DNA of 64,000 nt, from NCBI RefSeq assembly GCF_006345805.1, contig NC_043008.1, forward strand, positions 76,632,001-76,696,000. Reading direction: 5' to 3'. Shown piece by piece: positions 13,570 through 27,349 of this stretch. Source of the DNA: Octopus sinensis (Eukaryota). The translations under genes and the position numbers were made by a program. Position 1 is the first letter of the stretch; the number at the start of each line of letters is the position of its first letter. The notes beneath the pieces are model-generated. The model ran no database searches. It worked only from the letters and a program-made list of their open reading frames with translations, and had not been told where the DNA came from.

Positions 13570-14020
13570 GAATTTAAATGTGTGATAGAACCTATGACAA
13601 CAGTAGAAAAAGCTTTGTTTTATTTATTTAGTAATTGCGGTGAATTACGTACTAATATTATTTTAGGCATAGTCCACAAATGGGTCGTTGGCCTTAGTAT
13701 GAGACCCCGGAATCTATTATGGCTCAGAATATTCTGCATGGTACATTTCTACTTATTAGACGGTTTATAAGGTTGGCTAGGGAGGTAGATTTGCTATGAT
13801 CCTCATACTTAAATGAGTTTATATGTGCAGAATATCTCTCTTTAAAATTAATAGTAGATCCGATATAGCAATTAATAGAATTATGCGATATGTTGTGGAC
13901 CGTGCATTTGTATACTACGTTAAATCTTCTACAGCTGAGTGTTATTAGTGGAAAGAGATGCTACAGTACTATTTATGAAGAAATTAGAATTAAGGGTGTT
14001 GTTAGGGATTTGGCAAGTAT
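13570..14020 (-). mobile_element. Penelope-like element, GIY-YIG endonuclease remnant
   Basis: Minus strand, with frameshift and stops: CRRFNVVYKCTVHN..CYIGSTINFK/RYSAHINSFKYEDHSKSTSLANL..CGLCLK..LLNK. Confidence 0.8.
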
Positions 14021-14043
14021 TATAATTATTGTTGTTGTTTTAA

Positions 14044-14101
<58 letters not shown>

Positions 14102-14107
<6 letters not shown>

Positions 14108-16085
14108 TAGTTTTATTTTTATAGCGTGCTTTCACTTCACTACCGAGCGCAGCTCTGTGTGCCTTGGGTATGTGCTGTGATTTGTTGTGATGCTCTGATG
14201 GTTATTGTATGGAAAGTGTTCTGCGTAGGGTGTGTGCAGTGCCTAGTAGTGCAATTTTCTGTATGTTATACGTGTTTGTAAGTCCTGGTGTTTATTTTTA
14301 TGTATTTGTCTGAATATTTTTTTATCATGCCTAATGCAACTCCTATGATAGGAATTGTTTCTGTTTTCAGATTCCGCATTCTAGTTACCTCTATTTCCAG
14401 GTCTTTGTATTTTGAAAGTTTCTCCATTTCTTTTAGAGACACGTTGTCATCTGCCGGTATTGATACATCAATTAGAAAGCATTTTTTACTTCATGATCTC
14501 TGACAACTATATCTGGTCTGTTGGCCTTAATTTCTCTATCTGTGTGTATCGGCATATCCCAGAGTATGGTTGCTTTCTCGTTTTCTGTGACCTTTTCTGG
14601 TGTGTGCCTATACCATCTTTTTTCTGTTGTTATTCCATAATGTTGGCATTGCTTCCGGTGTATGTAGGTTCCAACTCTGTCATGTCTGTGAATATATTCC
14701 TTCTTAGCCAGGACTGGGCAGCCAGAGATAATATGATTTATTGTTTCTTGTCCATCATCACATATTCTGCAGTTACTTGTTATATTTCTTTTCATTACAT
14801 GTTTTTGGTAATTTCTGGTGTGGAGGCTTTGGTCTTGTGCTGCAATTAAAAATCCCTCTGTCTCTGCTTTGAGTCCTGAGCTTCTCAACCATTGCTGGGA
14901 TTTTTCTTTGTCTATTTCTTTTGCGTTTAGTTTAGTCCAGTATTTACCATGAAAGAGCTTTTCTGGCCATCGTGTTATCATGGTTCGTTGCTGTTCTATT
15001 TTTAGTTTGGATTTCATTTGTTTTATAGCTTTTGTTGTTTCTTCTTCTTCTTCTTCTTCTTCTTCTTCTTCTTCTTCTTCTTCTTCTTCTTCTTCTTCTT
15101 CTTCTTCTTCTTCTTCTTCTTCTTCTTCTTCATGTTTATTAGGTGGTATGATTTCTTGTTTGTATTTGTCAGCTTCCTTAAATACTGAGAACAGTTTTTT
15201 GTTTTGCTCGTGTTTTGCCGCTATTTGTATCAGTTTCCCTTCCTTCTGAAGTAGATATTTTTGCAGTCCTATGGTGGTTATTCTATAGTAGTTTTCCAGC
15301 TTTATAAGGCCTCTATCACCTTCTATACGTTGTATATATAGTCTTTCTATGTCAAATTTTGGGTGATGCATCCTAGATCCTGTCAGTATTTTTCTTGTTT
15401 TCCTATCTATTTTGGTCAGTTCATTTAGTGTCCAGTTAAGGATATTGTAGCTGTAACTTATAACTGGGACAGCTAAAGTGTTAATACCTATTATCTTGTT
15501 TTTAGCATTGAGCTCTGTTTTTAGTATTGATCTAACTCGTCTATAATATTCTTTTTTTTATTTTCTCTTTCATTTGTGTGTGTTGTGTCTTATCTAGTTC
15601 ATGGATTCCTAAGTATTTGTAAGTTTGGCTTTGGTCTAATTCTTTTATTTCATTGGTTTTATCTAGTGTGATGTTGTTACTCTTAACTAGTTTTCCTCTT
15701 TTCATGGTTACTTTGGCGCATTTTTCTAATCCAAATTTCATATCTATTTCTTTGGTAAATCCATGAACTGTCTTTAATAGTGTTTCCAGCTGTTTGTCAT
15801 TTACAGCGTATAGTTTTAGGTCATCCATAAATAAAAGGTGGCTGATCGTTTTGCCGTAACATTTATATCCGCATCCAGTTCTATTTAGCATATCAGATAG
15901 AGGTGACAGTGCCAAGCAGAAAAGGAGTCGGGAGAGCGTGTCTCCCTGGAATATTCCTCTTCTAATGGGGATGGCGTTGGTTTTCATGAGTCCCTTTTTT
16001 GTTTGTAGCTGTAGCACTGTTTGCCATTTATTCATAGTGCCCTATGAATTTTATAATTGTTGGTGCTACTTTGTTAATGGCTAGT
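14102..16085 (-). mobile_element. 5'-truncated Dong/R4-clade LINE (RT, CCHC and restriction-like endonuclease)
   Basis: ORF 15541-16035 has RRGIFQGDTLS and HLLFMDDLKLY. ORF 14472-15371 has CRIC..ETINHIISGC..YIHRHD..RPDIVV. It is flanked on both sides by (TAA)n, the known Dong target. Confidence 0.92.
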
Positions 16086-16106
16086 GTTTATTATTATTAT
16101 TATTAT

Positions 16107-16161
<55 letters not shown>

Positions 16162-16207
16162 GGTGGTGGTGGTGGTGGTGGTAGTAGTAGTAGTTGTAGT
16201 AGTAGTA

Positions 16208-16254
<47 letters not shown>

Positions 16255-16389
16255 GTAGTAATGCCATTATCACTATCAATATCACTAGAAATAGTAGTAG
16301 TGGTGGTATCGGTCGTATTGGAGTTATTAATACTAGTATTAGTGGTGGTGCTATTATTATCAGTTGCCTCAGTTACACTTGTACCTTCA

Positions 16390-17270
16390 TAGGAAGCGGG
16401 GATGTTTATACCTTGGTTAATTCTGGTTGTAGTGCTAGGGTTGCGGGTGTGCTGCATGCCATCAATGTTGGTATTAGTGATTTTGGGGCTATGACATATG
16501 TCATGATTATGTATATTTAGTTAGTAGGAATTAAGTTTACGTTTATTGGAAGAGGTAACAATGGATTCTATATTGGGCGGAGATAATTTTATGGTAGATC
16601 TATTAGAGAATGAATGGTACATACGGTGACGTTGGAAGTTAAAGTCTACTATTTGAAAGAATGTTTTGGCTAAGCCCTAAGCGTTTAAGGCGAATGGGGG
16701 TGCAAACCAAAGAATGAATCTACCCCGCTTTTATTAGGTAAAATAGGGGAAGTATAATCTATAGTATTTGTTAGAGGAAAGTTGTCAGTTTCATTTTTGT
16801 TTATCTGCTTGAGTTTCGATCGAGTGTTATACAAGTGAGCGTAGGACTGACGAAAGTGTCTTACCCGAGGTCCTTCCAAGTTACTATCTGGGTTTTAAGA
16901 TTGTCTATTTATAGTGGAATCGTTCATTTGTCTATTAGTGGGGCGTGTCCTTTCGGGACAGAGATTAGCGATGTATTCAATTTGCAGTTAGTGCTTGGTT
17001 ATAATATGTAGCATGGTCATTGAGGATTTCTTCCGTGACCGAGATATCAAACAATCGGATAGATATGCCTTTAATTACACTATCAAAGATAGATTTATGG
17101 TGGTTAGAGTCTATGTTAACGTATCTGAGGTACTGATTAGGTTTATGGAAGGGGGAGTATAGCGAAGATTCTAAATCTGAAGTAACTTCTAGAAAGTTAG
17201 CTGTTTTTGTGTTTTCAAAACTTAGATTAAAATATATTGAAATACTAAAGAGTAAATTTATTCAATAAAA
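16390..17270 (-). mobile_element. Penelope-like element, RT thumb and linker remnant
   Basis: Minus strand: ANFLEVTSDL..YSPFHKPNQYLRYVNIDSNHHK..IRLFDIS..YNQAL, then ILWFAPPFALN and NRSTIKLS.PNIESIV. Confidence 0.8.
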
Positions 17271-17991
17271 TTGTCATTGGCTTCAAACCACGGCTTCCAG
17301 ACGACTTCCGAATCTCCAACAAGTCTTTGGATGGTCTCCTTGTTAAAGTTGCTGAATGCTGCCATAACCCTTGGCTTCAGTTTATCTTTGGTGTTACAAG
17401 GTGTTTTGCTTATCGCACATAATAATGAAGGGGGTTATAGTCTGGGGAGTTAGGTAGCCTGATGTTAGGTCGCAGAAATTCTGACAGCCATGGCTTGGTT
17501 CTCTTGCTTGTGTAGCATAGTGTAGAGTCCCGTTGCCAGACATGTGGTCTTCTAGCAGCCACCCTCTTGACCCAGGGAAGCACTACCTCCACCAGGCACT
17601 TGATGTAGGTCTTCTTATTGAGTGTGAGGTGGTGTGGAAAGATGAATGTAGACATAACATCGCCATCACTAGTGATCCATCCAAATATCATGGTGTTGAC
17701 TGGATGTTTAATTTTTAACGCTCTCGGTACATGTTTTGGGGACAGGATAACTCAACGGATGTTCTGTGTGTTCACCATCGGTTTGTATTGGAGCGCCCGG
17801 TGCGAATGCCAAGCAGTACAGCATGTGGTTTCCAAATTTCTGGTAGAGTGAATTGCGGCAGGGTACTGTTTTACTCACAGACGTTGCTTAACTGATCCTA
17901 TTATATTATGGCAATCGACAAAATCAAAAACAAAAATGCGCATGCGCGACATTAAAAGTATAAATGGTGATAATTTACCGATCACGCCCTG
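17271..17991 (-). mobile_element. Tc1/mariner (maT/DD37D-like) transposon remnant
   Basis: ORF 17410-17691 reads FGWITSDG..HVWQRDS..PNSPDYNPLHY. Terminal TA-CAGGGCGTGATCGG at 17991. Confidence 0.8.
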
Positions 17992-18006
17992 TATGTATGC
18001 GTGTCG

Positions 18007-18054
<48 letters not shown>

Positions 18055-18109
18055 TGTGTGTGTGTGTTTGTATGTATGTATGTATGTATGTATGTATGTA
18101 TGTATCTAT

Positions 18110-18664
18110 GTCAAGTCACTTTCGAGTGCTACTGGTAACATGTAACCCAGTACAACCTGTTGCATGGTCGGGTCGTCGGTGACTAAACCGGCAACCCCAC
18201 CATGCTTGCTTGGTAAGGAGGGTGTTTATTGGACACCCTACGGGATGAAAACCAAAACACGTCACAGGGCGGAGGAACTCTTGAGAGTCAACGGCCATCC
18301 AATAAATGTCTTAAGGATGTATCATGGGCGGGGACATAGAAATAATCGGACCGAATACCCGATCGCGTGGTTAAACGATTGGGAGTGAAGGGCTCCTAGC
18401 CTTTGTTAGCGCATCCTTCTAGGAGAAGGTAACTCAGGTAACTGGGATAACTCCGACATAAAACCTGCGGCTCAGTGGTTACCGATGATGTTGACTTGTT
18501 CTTCTTTTCGGATTATGGCTGCTGTTGCTTAGTGAGTGGGATTGACTCAGTGCACAGACTTTCCTCACTTTACAAAATTATATTCTTGCACAGGCATTGC
18601 ACGATAACAACATTGATTAAGCTTCGTGCAATGGCCAAACTCGATAACGAGGGGGCAGCCACAA
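18110..18664 (+). mobile_element. Non-autonomous RTE-derived element (5' UTR-like part joined to 3' tail)
   Basis: RTE 5'UTR-like motifs GGCGGAGGAAC..GAGAGTCAACGGCCATCC and CTAGGAGAAGGTAACTC, and an RTE-like 3' end CTCGATAACGAGGGGGCAGCC. There is no RT between them. Confidence 0.5.
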
Positions 18665-18666
18665 TG

Positions 18667-18697
<31 letters not shown>

Positions 18698-21600
18698 TTC
18701 ATCCAGGCGGTTACCGGTTTTTCACTCAAATGCCGGCTAACCACAACTGTCAGTATGTAGTACTCGAGCTAAGAATGAGCTGTTAGACCCTAGTAACCTC
18801 TCTCTTGGGGTAATTCCGTGGGCCCAGTTTAGTACTGTAAATGTTCCATAGAGTAATTAATAACATTAATAATGATAAGGAGTGGTGATTTTTCTCACAT
18901 CCATAATTTTATTTAACAATTATTTACAGCATATTTTCCGGACCTACGCGTGTTTCAACTGCACATAGTTAAATATGCATTCTAGCAATACATAAACATA
19001 TATGTAAATTAAAGAATTGAAGGTAATGCTATGCAACTTCGCTGTAATCCTTATTGAATATTGTTGATATATATATATATATATATGTATAAGTCAAAAA
19101 ACGTATAGTAAATAAACAAACGAAAGGGAAACAATCACAGAGGGTCAAGTTGAAAAACATATACTAAATGCACAGACGAACGAAAAACAAATACAGAAGG
19201 TCACCTCATCAATTTCGACTAGAGTGTCAAACGTAATTTCGTGCCATTATCGATGTATGTACGTAGGTATGTATGTATATATGTATTGCGTATCTCTGGA
19301 TGCAGGTTCGATGAAGTGCCATTCCAACGTAATCAGCCACAAATACTGAGTAATTTGACAGGAAACCCTTTATGCGTAATGTCATTGAAAACAAAATGCT
19401 ACTAAAACATTTTAAACCAATAATGAAGATGTGCTAAATTCATTCTTCGTCTTCTTATTTGGATCATGTGTGTGTGTGCGTGTGGTGTGTGTGGTGTGTG
19501 TGTGCCTGCGCGTGTTTATGTGTGTGCGTGTGTGTATTAATGATAAAATTTTACTCAGCTCCACCTGACTTAAATTGTCTTGGCCGTGTAGGAAACGTTT
19601 CTCACATGCTCCAAAGTAGAATATGAGGCTCCAAAGAAATTCAGAATGGCTTCTAGGTGTTTGGGCTTCTATTTGTCAGCTCGGATCACGTGGTATTAAT
19701 GTCATCAAAGCGACATTAGCTATTTTCTCTATTTGTAGGCCTATATGTTTTGGCAGGATGTTGGCAGGTAGCTGGTGCTACTTTGCTGGCACCACCAGGC
19801 AGGTTGCTGGTGACACTCAGCAACAATAAGATTTCTATTGATAAAAACTGCGATTGGTGGACTATGTGCAGTTTCTCGCCGAGACACGTTGACAACTGCA
19901 AGTCCGAGGTGAATAAGATGGCGCCCTGTAACTATGTATACCTTGACCTATAAGATAATGTCTCCTCTTATCAATACCACCCTCAGTACTCTGTCGTAAA
20001 GTAAAATATTAAAGAAAACAGATTTAGTACGGTTGGTTTTGCTCAAATATTTCTATATTCGTTTGGATAAATTTGAATGCTAAAATATAATTCTATGATA
20101 ATGAATAACAAACCAATATGATTGTCTCCTTCCATCAGCCCTCCAATATTTTAAAACATGACACAGAATCCGCAAATTTCTCTACACAAAAAAATCACTA
20201 TACTTAGTTTTGTGTCTAACCTTAAATTTTTCCAGAGTAAAGTTGGCTTTAGATTCTTTTGGAATCATTAAAATAAATTACAGTACTATAATAGATTTAA
20301 TTCAGCTACCATAACTCTACCCTCTTCTTACTGAATCATTATTTAGTGTCTGGTTAAAATAAATTAGCGTTTATCAAACACTAATTGCTCATACTAAATT
20401 TTCCATTGACTACAACTGATATTTAGAGTAAGATTGTTCTTGCTTTACAAAATAATAATGGTAATTCTCGCTGCATACTTGGTAATTCATTTTGAATCTC
20501 TATTGATAACCTGGATAGAAATATTTAGAAATAGGTTACGTAAAAAATTGTGTTCGTATATTCTTGCTTTCTCCACCAACCTAATTCTATTTCTGAAAGT
20601 AATTAAACAAGTTTTCTGTAAATAATTCTAATTTACAGAGAAATTAAACAGACGTTTCTAACAGATACATATGATGAGCAGATCGAATGAAAGAAACCAT
20701 TCACATTTTTTGGTATTTCTATTCATCTCTGCAGAATCAGTACAAAAGTATGTTCGTTAATAAAATACTTTGAATCAATTTTATGTATTTCACATGCCTT
20801 CACATACATACGCATAGACACATACATTTTTAATACAATCATCTTCTATGATTCATGTCGTATGATGTGTTTCAGTGTATTCTTTATATGATAAAATGAC
20901 GTATGGCCTTGTTGATTAGGGAATCGATGTTGCGTATAGCGTCACTTATACTTCCTTTTAACTAGTCGCAGCCACAGCTCACTATACTTTTATTTCCAAA
21001 TAACGTAATGGATTGGCTATTAGCTCCTCAATAACTAGTAAAAAAATATTTCATTTATTTCAGAATATGGAGCAGTAAACAAGAAATTAGCCAGCCGCAG
21101 GTACACAGTAATATTTTTCAATAATCAGAATCATTAGAATTCATTTTCCTGCTAGAAAAAATATGTCCTCAAATGTATCAAAATGGTTATAAAAGAAAAA
21201 CCTCTACACTTTATAATATTGTGGATCAATTTGCTAGTCGTGATTAATCAAAATCCCATACACTATTACTACATTTCGTATTAATATATTTCTAACTACC
21301 TTTTTATGAGGCCACATCAAATAGTGGTAAAGGTTACTGATTTTTCAAATAACCGTCATGTAATTTCTAAACGTAATGTTTATTACTACTTTGGCAGGCA
21401 TCAATATCATCAGTTAAACTTTTTATAAAAATATTCTACCCAATTCTAACGCAGCACCATTGGTTACATTTTCTCGTAATCATTCGTCTTAAAGATATTT
21501 GACATCTAAATGAGTTTGACTTTCACCAATCAATCATACCCCAATCTTAATCACCATGTAACGTTTAAAAAATGTTCATCTTTCGACATCAATTCCAAGT

Positions 21601-22286
21601 AATATTTTCCCAACTTGAAAATCGATTTGTCGAGAGTTTGCAATGGGGGACAAAATAAGATTTGCAATAAAGGAGAAACAATTCTATGAAAATGAGATTG
21701 CTGAAATTATTTTTATCATAAAATTTTTGTTATCGTTTTTCTTTTTTTTTCAAAATTTTCAAACTTTTCGAATAATCTTCATTTGATATTCTCACTATAA
21801 CCTGAACTAAGAGTGTCGGGTTGAATGACTTGCGAAATTCGTTCCGGCGCTCTGAGTTCAAATCACGCCGAAGTCAACTTTGCCTTTCATTCTTTCGAGT
21901 CTATAAATTAAGTATTATAACTGTTAGAGAGTCGGATGAGTCCTTTTGCCTTCTGAGTTCAAATTTTGTCTCGTCTTTTAGACTGATCTAAAGTTTTAAA
22001 AGCCCCATCATAAAGAGAAATCTGGTACATTACTCATACTTTCTCTGTTTATCACCACCATCACCTCCACCTAGACCAGTAGATACAAAACCAGTGACTC
22101 CCAAAGATAGAATATATTGAGGTACTCTTTAAACTTTATCTCACTTCTCTTAGACGAGACAATTCGAAACAGATTTGTAAGAATATTCCCAATTATTTTT
22201 CGGGTTACTTAAGAACACAATAGTATGTCTTCATATCATCTTGATTATCACAGCGGAAAATTTCAAACAAATAATTTATAAATTTT

Positions 22287-22660
22287 AGGCATGGTTGTGT
22301 AGTAAAACGTTTGTTTCCTAACCACATGGCTTCTGATTCAATCTCACTGTGTGACACCTGGGACAAGTGTCTTCTACAGCCTCGGGGCGATCAGGGCCTT
22401 GTTCGTGAATTTGGTACATGAATACTGAAAGAAGCTCGTGTTGCATACGTATGTGTGTGTGTCTTTGTGTCTGTGTTGATCTCTAAGCACCGCTTGGTGA
22501 CTGATACTGGGTTTTTGCGTCCCTTAACTTAGCGGTTAAAGGTTTACAAAATAAGCAGCAGGCCTTAAAAAGTAAGTACTGGGGTCGATTCGTTCGACTA
22601 AAACTCTTCAAGACGGTGCCCCAGCTGCTATCGATTGACTAAAACAAGTAAGAGATAGGA
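22287..22660 (+). mobile_element. tRNA-head CORE-type SINE with internal (TG)n
   Basis: AACCACATGG..TC.CACTG.GTG.CACC.(T/G)GG.CAAGTGTCTTCTAC..GCCTCGGG is shared with the copies at 34060, 41776 and 57742. Confidence 0.8.
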
Positions 22661-23472
22661 GTTAAATCATAAATGTTTGGGATATCCTGGATTATTCTGT
22701 GTTCTGTATAAATACATATATATATTATCTATATTTATAGTCACACACACACACACAAACACACACAAACACACACACACAAACACACACATACATATAT
22801 ATTCTTTAATTTACTTCTAGATTGACGAGAAATATTATATGCAAATTAGAACAGTTGTTATAATCTGTCAAGCTACAGCTGTATATAGAAAGATTTAGAC
22901 TCCAGATGCTCAAAGTGGCCGAAGAACTATGGTATATGCTCCTCTTAAGGAGGAAAAATTATCCAGAAACAGATTTATAAGGTGGTTCTCAGTTATGTTT
23001 CTATTTTCTTTAGGAAATAATAGAATATTTTCATATTATATTGACTTCCACAGCTAAAGCTGCCTAAACCAAACACACAAAAAACACACGCACGCATACA
23101 CATACATACGTACGTATGTATGTGTATCTGCATGTGATAGCATTCACACATGATTTAAGGAAAAAAATCTTCCTTCGGTTTTTTTTATGTTTTCTTTGAA
23201 CTTTTACTTTGTTTGCTTTCTTTCTTTCACTTTCTTCCTATTTTTATTGCTTTTCAGTTTTCGTCCTTTCTAAACTAGCATGAAAGGAGGAAAACTATCA
23301 TGAAACCATAAATTAAACTATATTTCATATTTTACATTAATCACTATCTCCACAAATTACTTAACCTTTCACCACATTTGTGATCACGATTAATAATATA
23401 GGATGTTATATATTTTTCCATATTGCTCATAATACAAACGGCAGTAGGAATATATATATATATATATATATA

Positions 23473-23792
23473 CAGGTTGTTGCAAAATTAAGGCAACCGA
23501 AGCTTCGAGCTTTAAAAGCTGTCGATAAATGTTTCGCTCGACGCTCTGAAGGCAAAACTGCGCCAGGAATGGACTGTGGTTCTGCGAGAACAATTGCGTG
23601 CCGTGTATGAAGCATTCATACATAGACTTAAGGCAATGATTTGAACCAGAGATGGTCATATCGAATAAATGTGGTAGTGTCAAAATTGTGTTTCTTTTAC
23701 CATTGCATTGCAACGCTTGGACTCGAAATATAACAATATTTTGTTTTGGCAAAATAGAAAAGAGTTGGTTGCCTTAATTTTGGGACACTCTG
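23473..23792. mobile_element. Tc1/mariner-type MITE
   Basis: About 26-bp TIRs (CAGGTTGTTGCAAAATTAAGGCAACC and GGTTGCCTTAATTTTGGGACACTCTG) with TA on both sides. Confidence 0.8.
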
Positions 23793-24532
23793 TATATGTA
23801 TATATAAGGAATAATATGCAATGACCATTATTTCTAACTTATTTCTTATATATCACTCTGTGTGAAAATCTCTTTGTCCGGAGCCCATTCACGGACTTTG
23901 CAATATAGAATTGTGATGAAACATGACCTTGGAGCCTGCCAAAAAGATTACCTGGAGTTCTTCACTAATCTAATCAATATTCTTAGCCTGATGTGCCAAC
24001 AGAGAGCTCATGAAGTATTTTTCCCGGATTGTCTCTACAAAATGTATCAAATGCAGCAAAGCAAGTGTTAAGTGGGCGAAATCCATCAATTTGTTACTAG
24101 ACTTAATCTGAGATGGCCCGGTTTAACAACACCATTACCTCACAATTCTGTGCTTTCAGCAAAGTTCACCCTGTAACATGTATACTGGTCAAAGTCCTCA
24201 CCAATCTCGTAGAACTTGTAAAACAAGGCAGTACCGCCAACACTTTCCTCAGTAAACCATTAACCAAATTTTACTCATTCTGATGCCTATTTCAGTGTCA
24301 AGTTGATGGCTCCAGCTAGAGATAATTTCTTCGTGTTACACGAAGGTTTATCAATTGTGCATATACAATTACTAAGTTTCACTCGTTGAATATCTTATAA
24401 GTGAAACGCATATACGTCATTACTTATTTATTGTGATAGCATTTACCGAAGAGGTTTGGTTGATTTTTATTTCGAGACGGCTGTTCACGAATCATTTTGT
24501 CATTTTCCATTGAACAGTCAAACACTATAAGC

Positions 24533-24876
24533 TGGAGGCGCAATGGCCCAGCGGACTCACGGTCGTGGGATCGCAGTTTCGATTCCCAGACCGGGTGTTG
24601 TTGGTGTTTATTGAGCAAAAACACCTGAGGCTCCGGCAGGGAGGGTGGCGAACCTTTCGCAACTTTTTCTCCCTCTTTCTTCCTGTTTCTGTTTTACCTG
24701 TATTTCAAAGGGTCAGCCTTATCACACACTGTGTCACGCTGACTCTCCTCGAGAACTACGTTAAGAGTACACGTGTCTATAGAGTGCTCAGCCACTTACA
24801 CGTTAATTCCACGTGCAGGTTGTTCCGTTGATCGGATCAACTGGAACGTTCGTCGTCGTAACCGACGGAGTGCCAT
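24533..24876 (+). mobile_element. tRNA-head SINE (near full length)
   Basis: Head GGAGGCGCAATGGCCCAG..GTTTCGATTCCCAGACCGGG. The 3' body is shared with 303-445 and 31918-32057. Confidence 0.8.
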
Positions 24877-25905
24877 GAGTGCCACGGAGACACTATAGGG
24901 TTTGAGTAATATGAATATCGTGATTATTTTGTAGAATATAAATACCAAGATTATATTGTACACTATAGATACTATGATTAACTCTATACTGTTTTAAGAT
25001 CTTTATTCATCTCTAGTTTCATAATACTAACGGATACTAGATTAACTTCTTAGACTTCAATTTTTGTCAGGTAATTTTCCCCTTGTGATATGGTATTTGA
25101 TCCCTAAATCTAGTTGGCACAGTGTAGAATAAAGATTTTTGTCGATAGTCCAACCAAATCACTTACTATGAATTCAAAACCATTATAAACAATTATAACT
25201 TATTTCTGCACTCTCTTCTCTCTCTGGTTCAAGAACATTTTTCTATAATATTTTTTCATACCTATTAACTTAACTTTCAACTGTTCGAATAATTTGATAT
25301 TAAAAAGGGAAGCAGCTAGAGAATTTTATTCGCAACTGAATCTTTTTTTTCTTTTTGTTTTGTTTTGTTTTCTTTGTTTGTTTTTTGTTTTTTGGGGGAT
25401 TTTGTTTGTTTGTTTTTGAAAATCAATTTTTTATTTCAAAATGAGTTAATTCCAAGCATATACTTTTTATTTCCAGCTTAACGTATTAATTATTTTAAAA
25501 TAAAAATTGTAAATGAAAATGAAATATTCAATTTTGGGCTCTTTTGGCATTATTTAATGTTTGCTAAGTTTCAGTTCCCAATGTTTTTACGCGATTGAAC
25601 TGAACAGTTTCAGCTGGAATTGTCGATTGTCTGAAAGGAATATTCTAAAAAATCTAATATGCTGCTTAACAACATCAAGTATCGACTGATGCCACTTGAA
25701 ATCAAATACTTTAATTCGTGTGCAGTAGTGGATTGCTTCGAAACAAGAAGGTTCTTGGATAATATTGTCTTCAAATCATGCTCTGGAATTCCAAATGATA
25801 TTCCAACAACATAAAAACATATTTGAATAACCTTAAATTTTTTGTCTTTTATTTGGGTCTTTCTATAGTTGAATTCTCTCTCTTTCTCTCTCTTTCTCTC
25901 TCTCC

Positions 25906-25943
<38 letters not shown>

Positions 25944-26079
25944 TTAACCAAGGATAAAATTTGTAATATTTTTACTCTGAACTGATATTGAAAGTATATA
26001 TAATGTTATAATTGTATTTCCGTTTGTTTCCTTAACTACATTTATTTCGTACATTGAATAGGAAATTCGATTCAGTATC

Positions 26080-26860
26080 AGATCATTGCAATGATGCTTA
26101 TATGGATGGATTCTGAACTGAAATGTTGGGTCATCCCATAAATAATGCGGGTTTTTTTCAATTGCTAAAACTAGCAGAGAAGCTTGCATTTGGTCATTCA
26201 ACCATTCATCGGCAACTTCGTGCTATTGGAAAAGTCAGCAAATTGGGTGATTGGGTTCCTCACAAACTTGCCGAGTCTAATCACGCGCAGAGAGTGAATG
26301 TTTGCTTTTCTTTGCTGTCACGTATCACGAATGAACCTTTTTTAACCGAATGATAACTGGTGACCAGAAATGGGTTCCTATAAAAATATCAAGGGCCGAA
26401 GACAGTGGATAGGGAAAGTAGAAACACCGGCAGTCCAGGCTTAAGAAGGTCTTCACCCACGTAAGGTGTTGTTATCTGTTTGGTGGTATATGACAGGTTT
26501 ATTCCACTTTGAACTTTTAAGCCCAAACCAAATGATAACAAAGGAGATCTGCGAGAAGCTTAGGCGGAAGGAAAATTACCATCTTTGGTTTCAAGACGAA
26601 ATGTGTTCTTCCATGAGGATAATGCTCGGATAGATACAGCGAGGATGACATTCCAAAGGCTGGAGCAGTTTGAATTGGAAACGATGCCCCACCCGTCATA
26701 TTCGCCGGACATTTGGGTGAAAAAAATATGAATTCTGTAGACGAGGTCAGAACAGTACTTGAGGAGTATTTTTCGGACAAGTTAATTTTGGAAAAGGAGC
26801 CTCGCAAGCCTAACATATAGAGTATATCTTAGATTAAAAAAGAAATTTTTTATCTTAATT
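26080..26860 (+). mobile_element. Mariner transposase pseudogene
   Basis: LAEKLAFGHSTIHRQL..KLGDWVPHKL..TGDQKW, and later HEDNAR and PHPSYSPD, with stops and frameshifts. Confidence 0.88.
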
Positions 26861-27349
26861 TTGAAAGATAAAAGAAGTATTATTTATAGGATGACTTGCA
26901 TTATCTATGGGATGACTTTAAGGCGGTGAACTGGCAGAATCATTAGCACGCCTGTTGGTTTCGGTTGTCTTTTTTTACGAGTGGATACAAAACATGGTTA
27001 ACCATTGCAGAGAAAAAATTCTCGCGTAATTTTGGGGTCAGGGAAAAACTAAAAATTGTGAAAATTGTTTAATTTGTTATTGTATTGCATTGTTGAACAA
27101 TTGTATTGCTGGTTAATGGCTGAATTATTTTACGCTGTTCCCCTTTTATAGGGGGCTGCGTAGCTTCAAGGATGTCCTATACTAGTAGCATGACCTCGTC
27201 TGAGTGTTCCTCCTCAGAAGAGGAACTCCTTAGAGCAATTGACAACGTAGATAAAATGAATTTTGCAAAGGCTGGTAAAAGTTACCAGAAAAATATTAAT
27301 TTGAATCAGATAGGAAAGTTTAATAAACCTTCCGTCGCCACTCATCCAG

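Noticed and set aside
13570-17270. In-frame TGA codons in Penelope remnants as selenocysteine (reported for some Naiad elements)
   Set aside because: The TGAs I see fall at positions expected to be Trp or Gly, not Cys, in frameshifted copies. No SECIS was identified.
19620-19960. Moderately GC-rich segment with short ORFs
   Set aside because: No recognisable protein motif or convincing splice sites in any frame.
21064-21100. Possible 37-bp exon (tttcag..CAG/gtacac)
   Set aside because: The donor is weak, the peptide is unrecognisable and there are no partner exons. RNA-seq would be needed.
24533-24600. tRNA-like sequences (also at 9700-9762, 34060 and 58387)
   Set aside because: They are SINE heads with no complete cloverleaf, continuing into repeat bodies.
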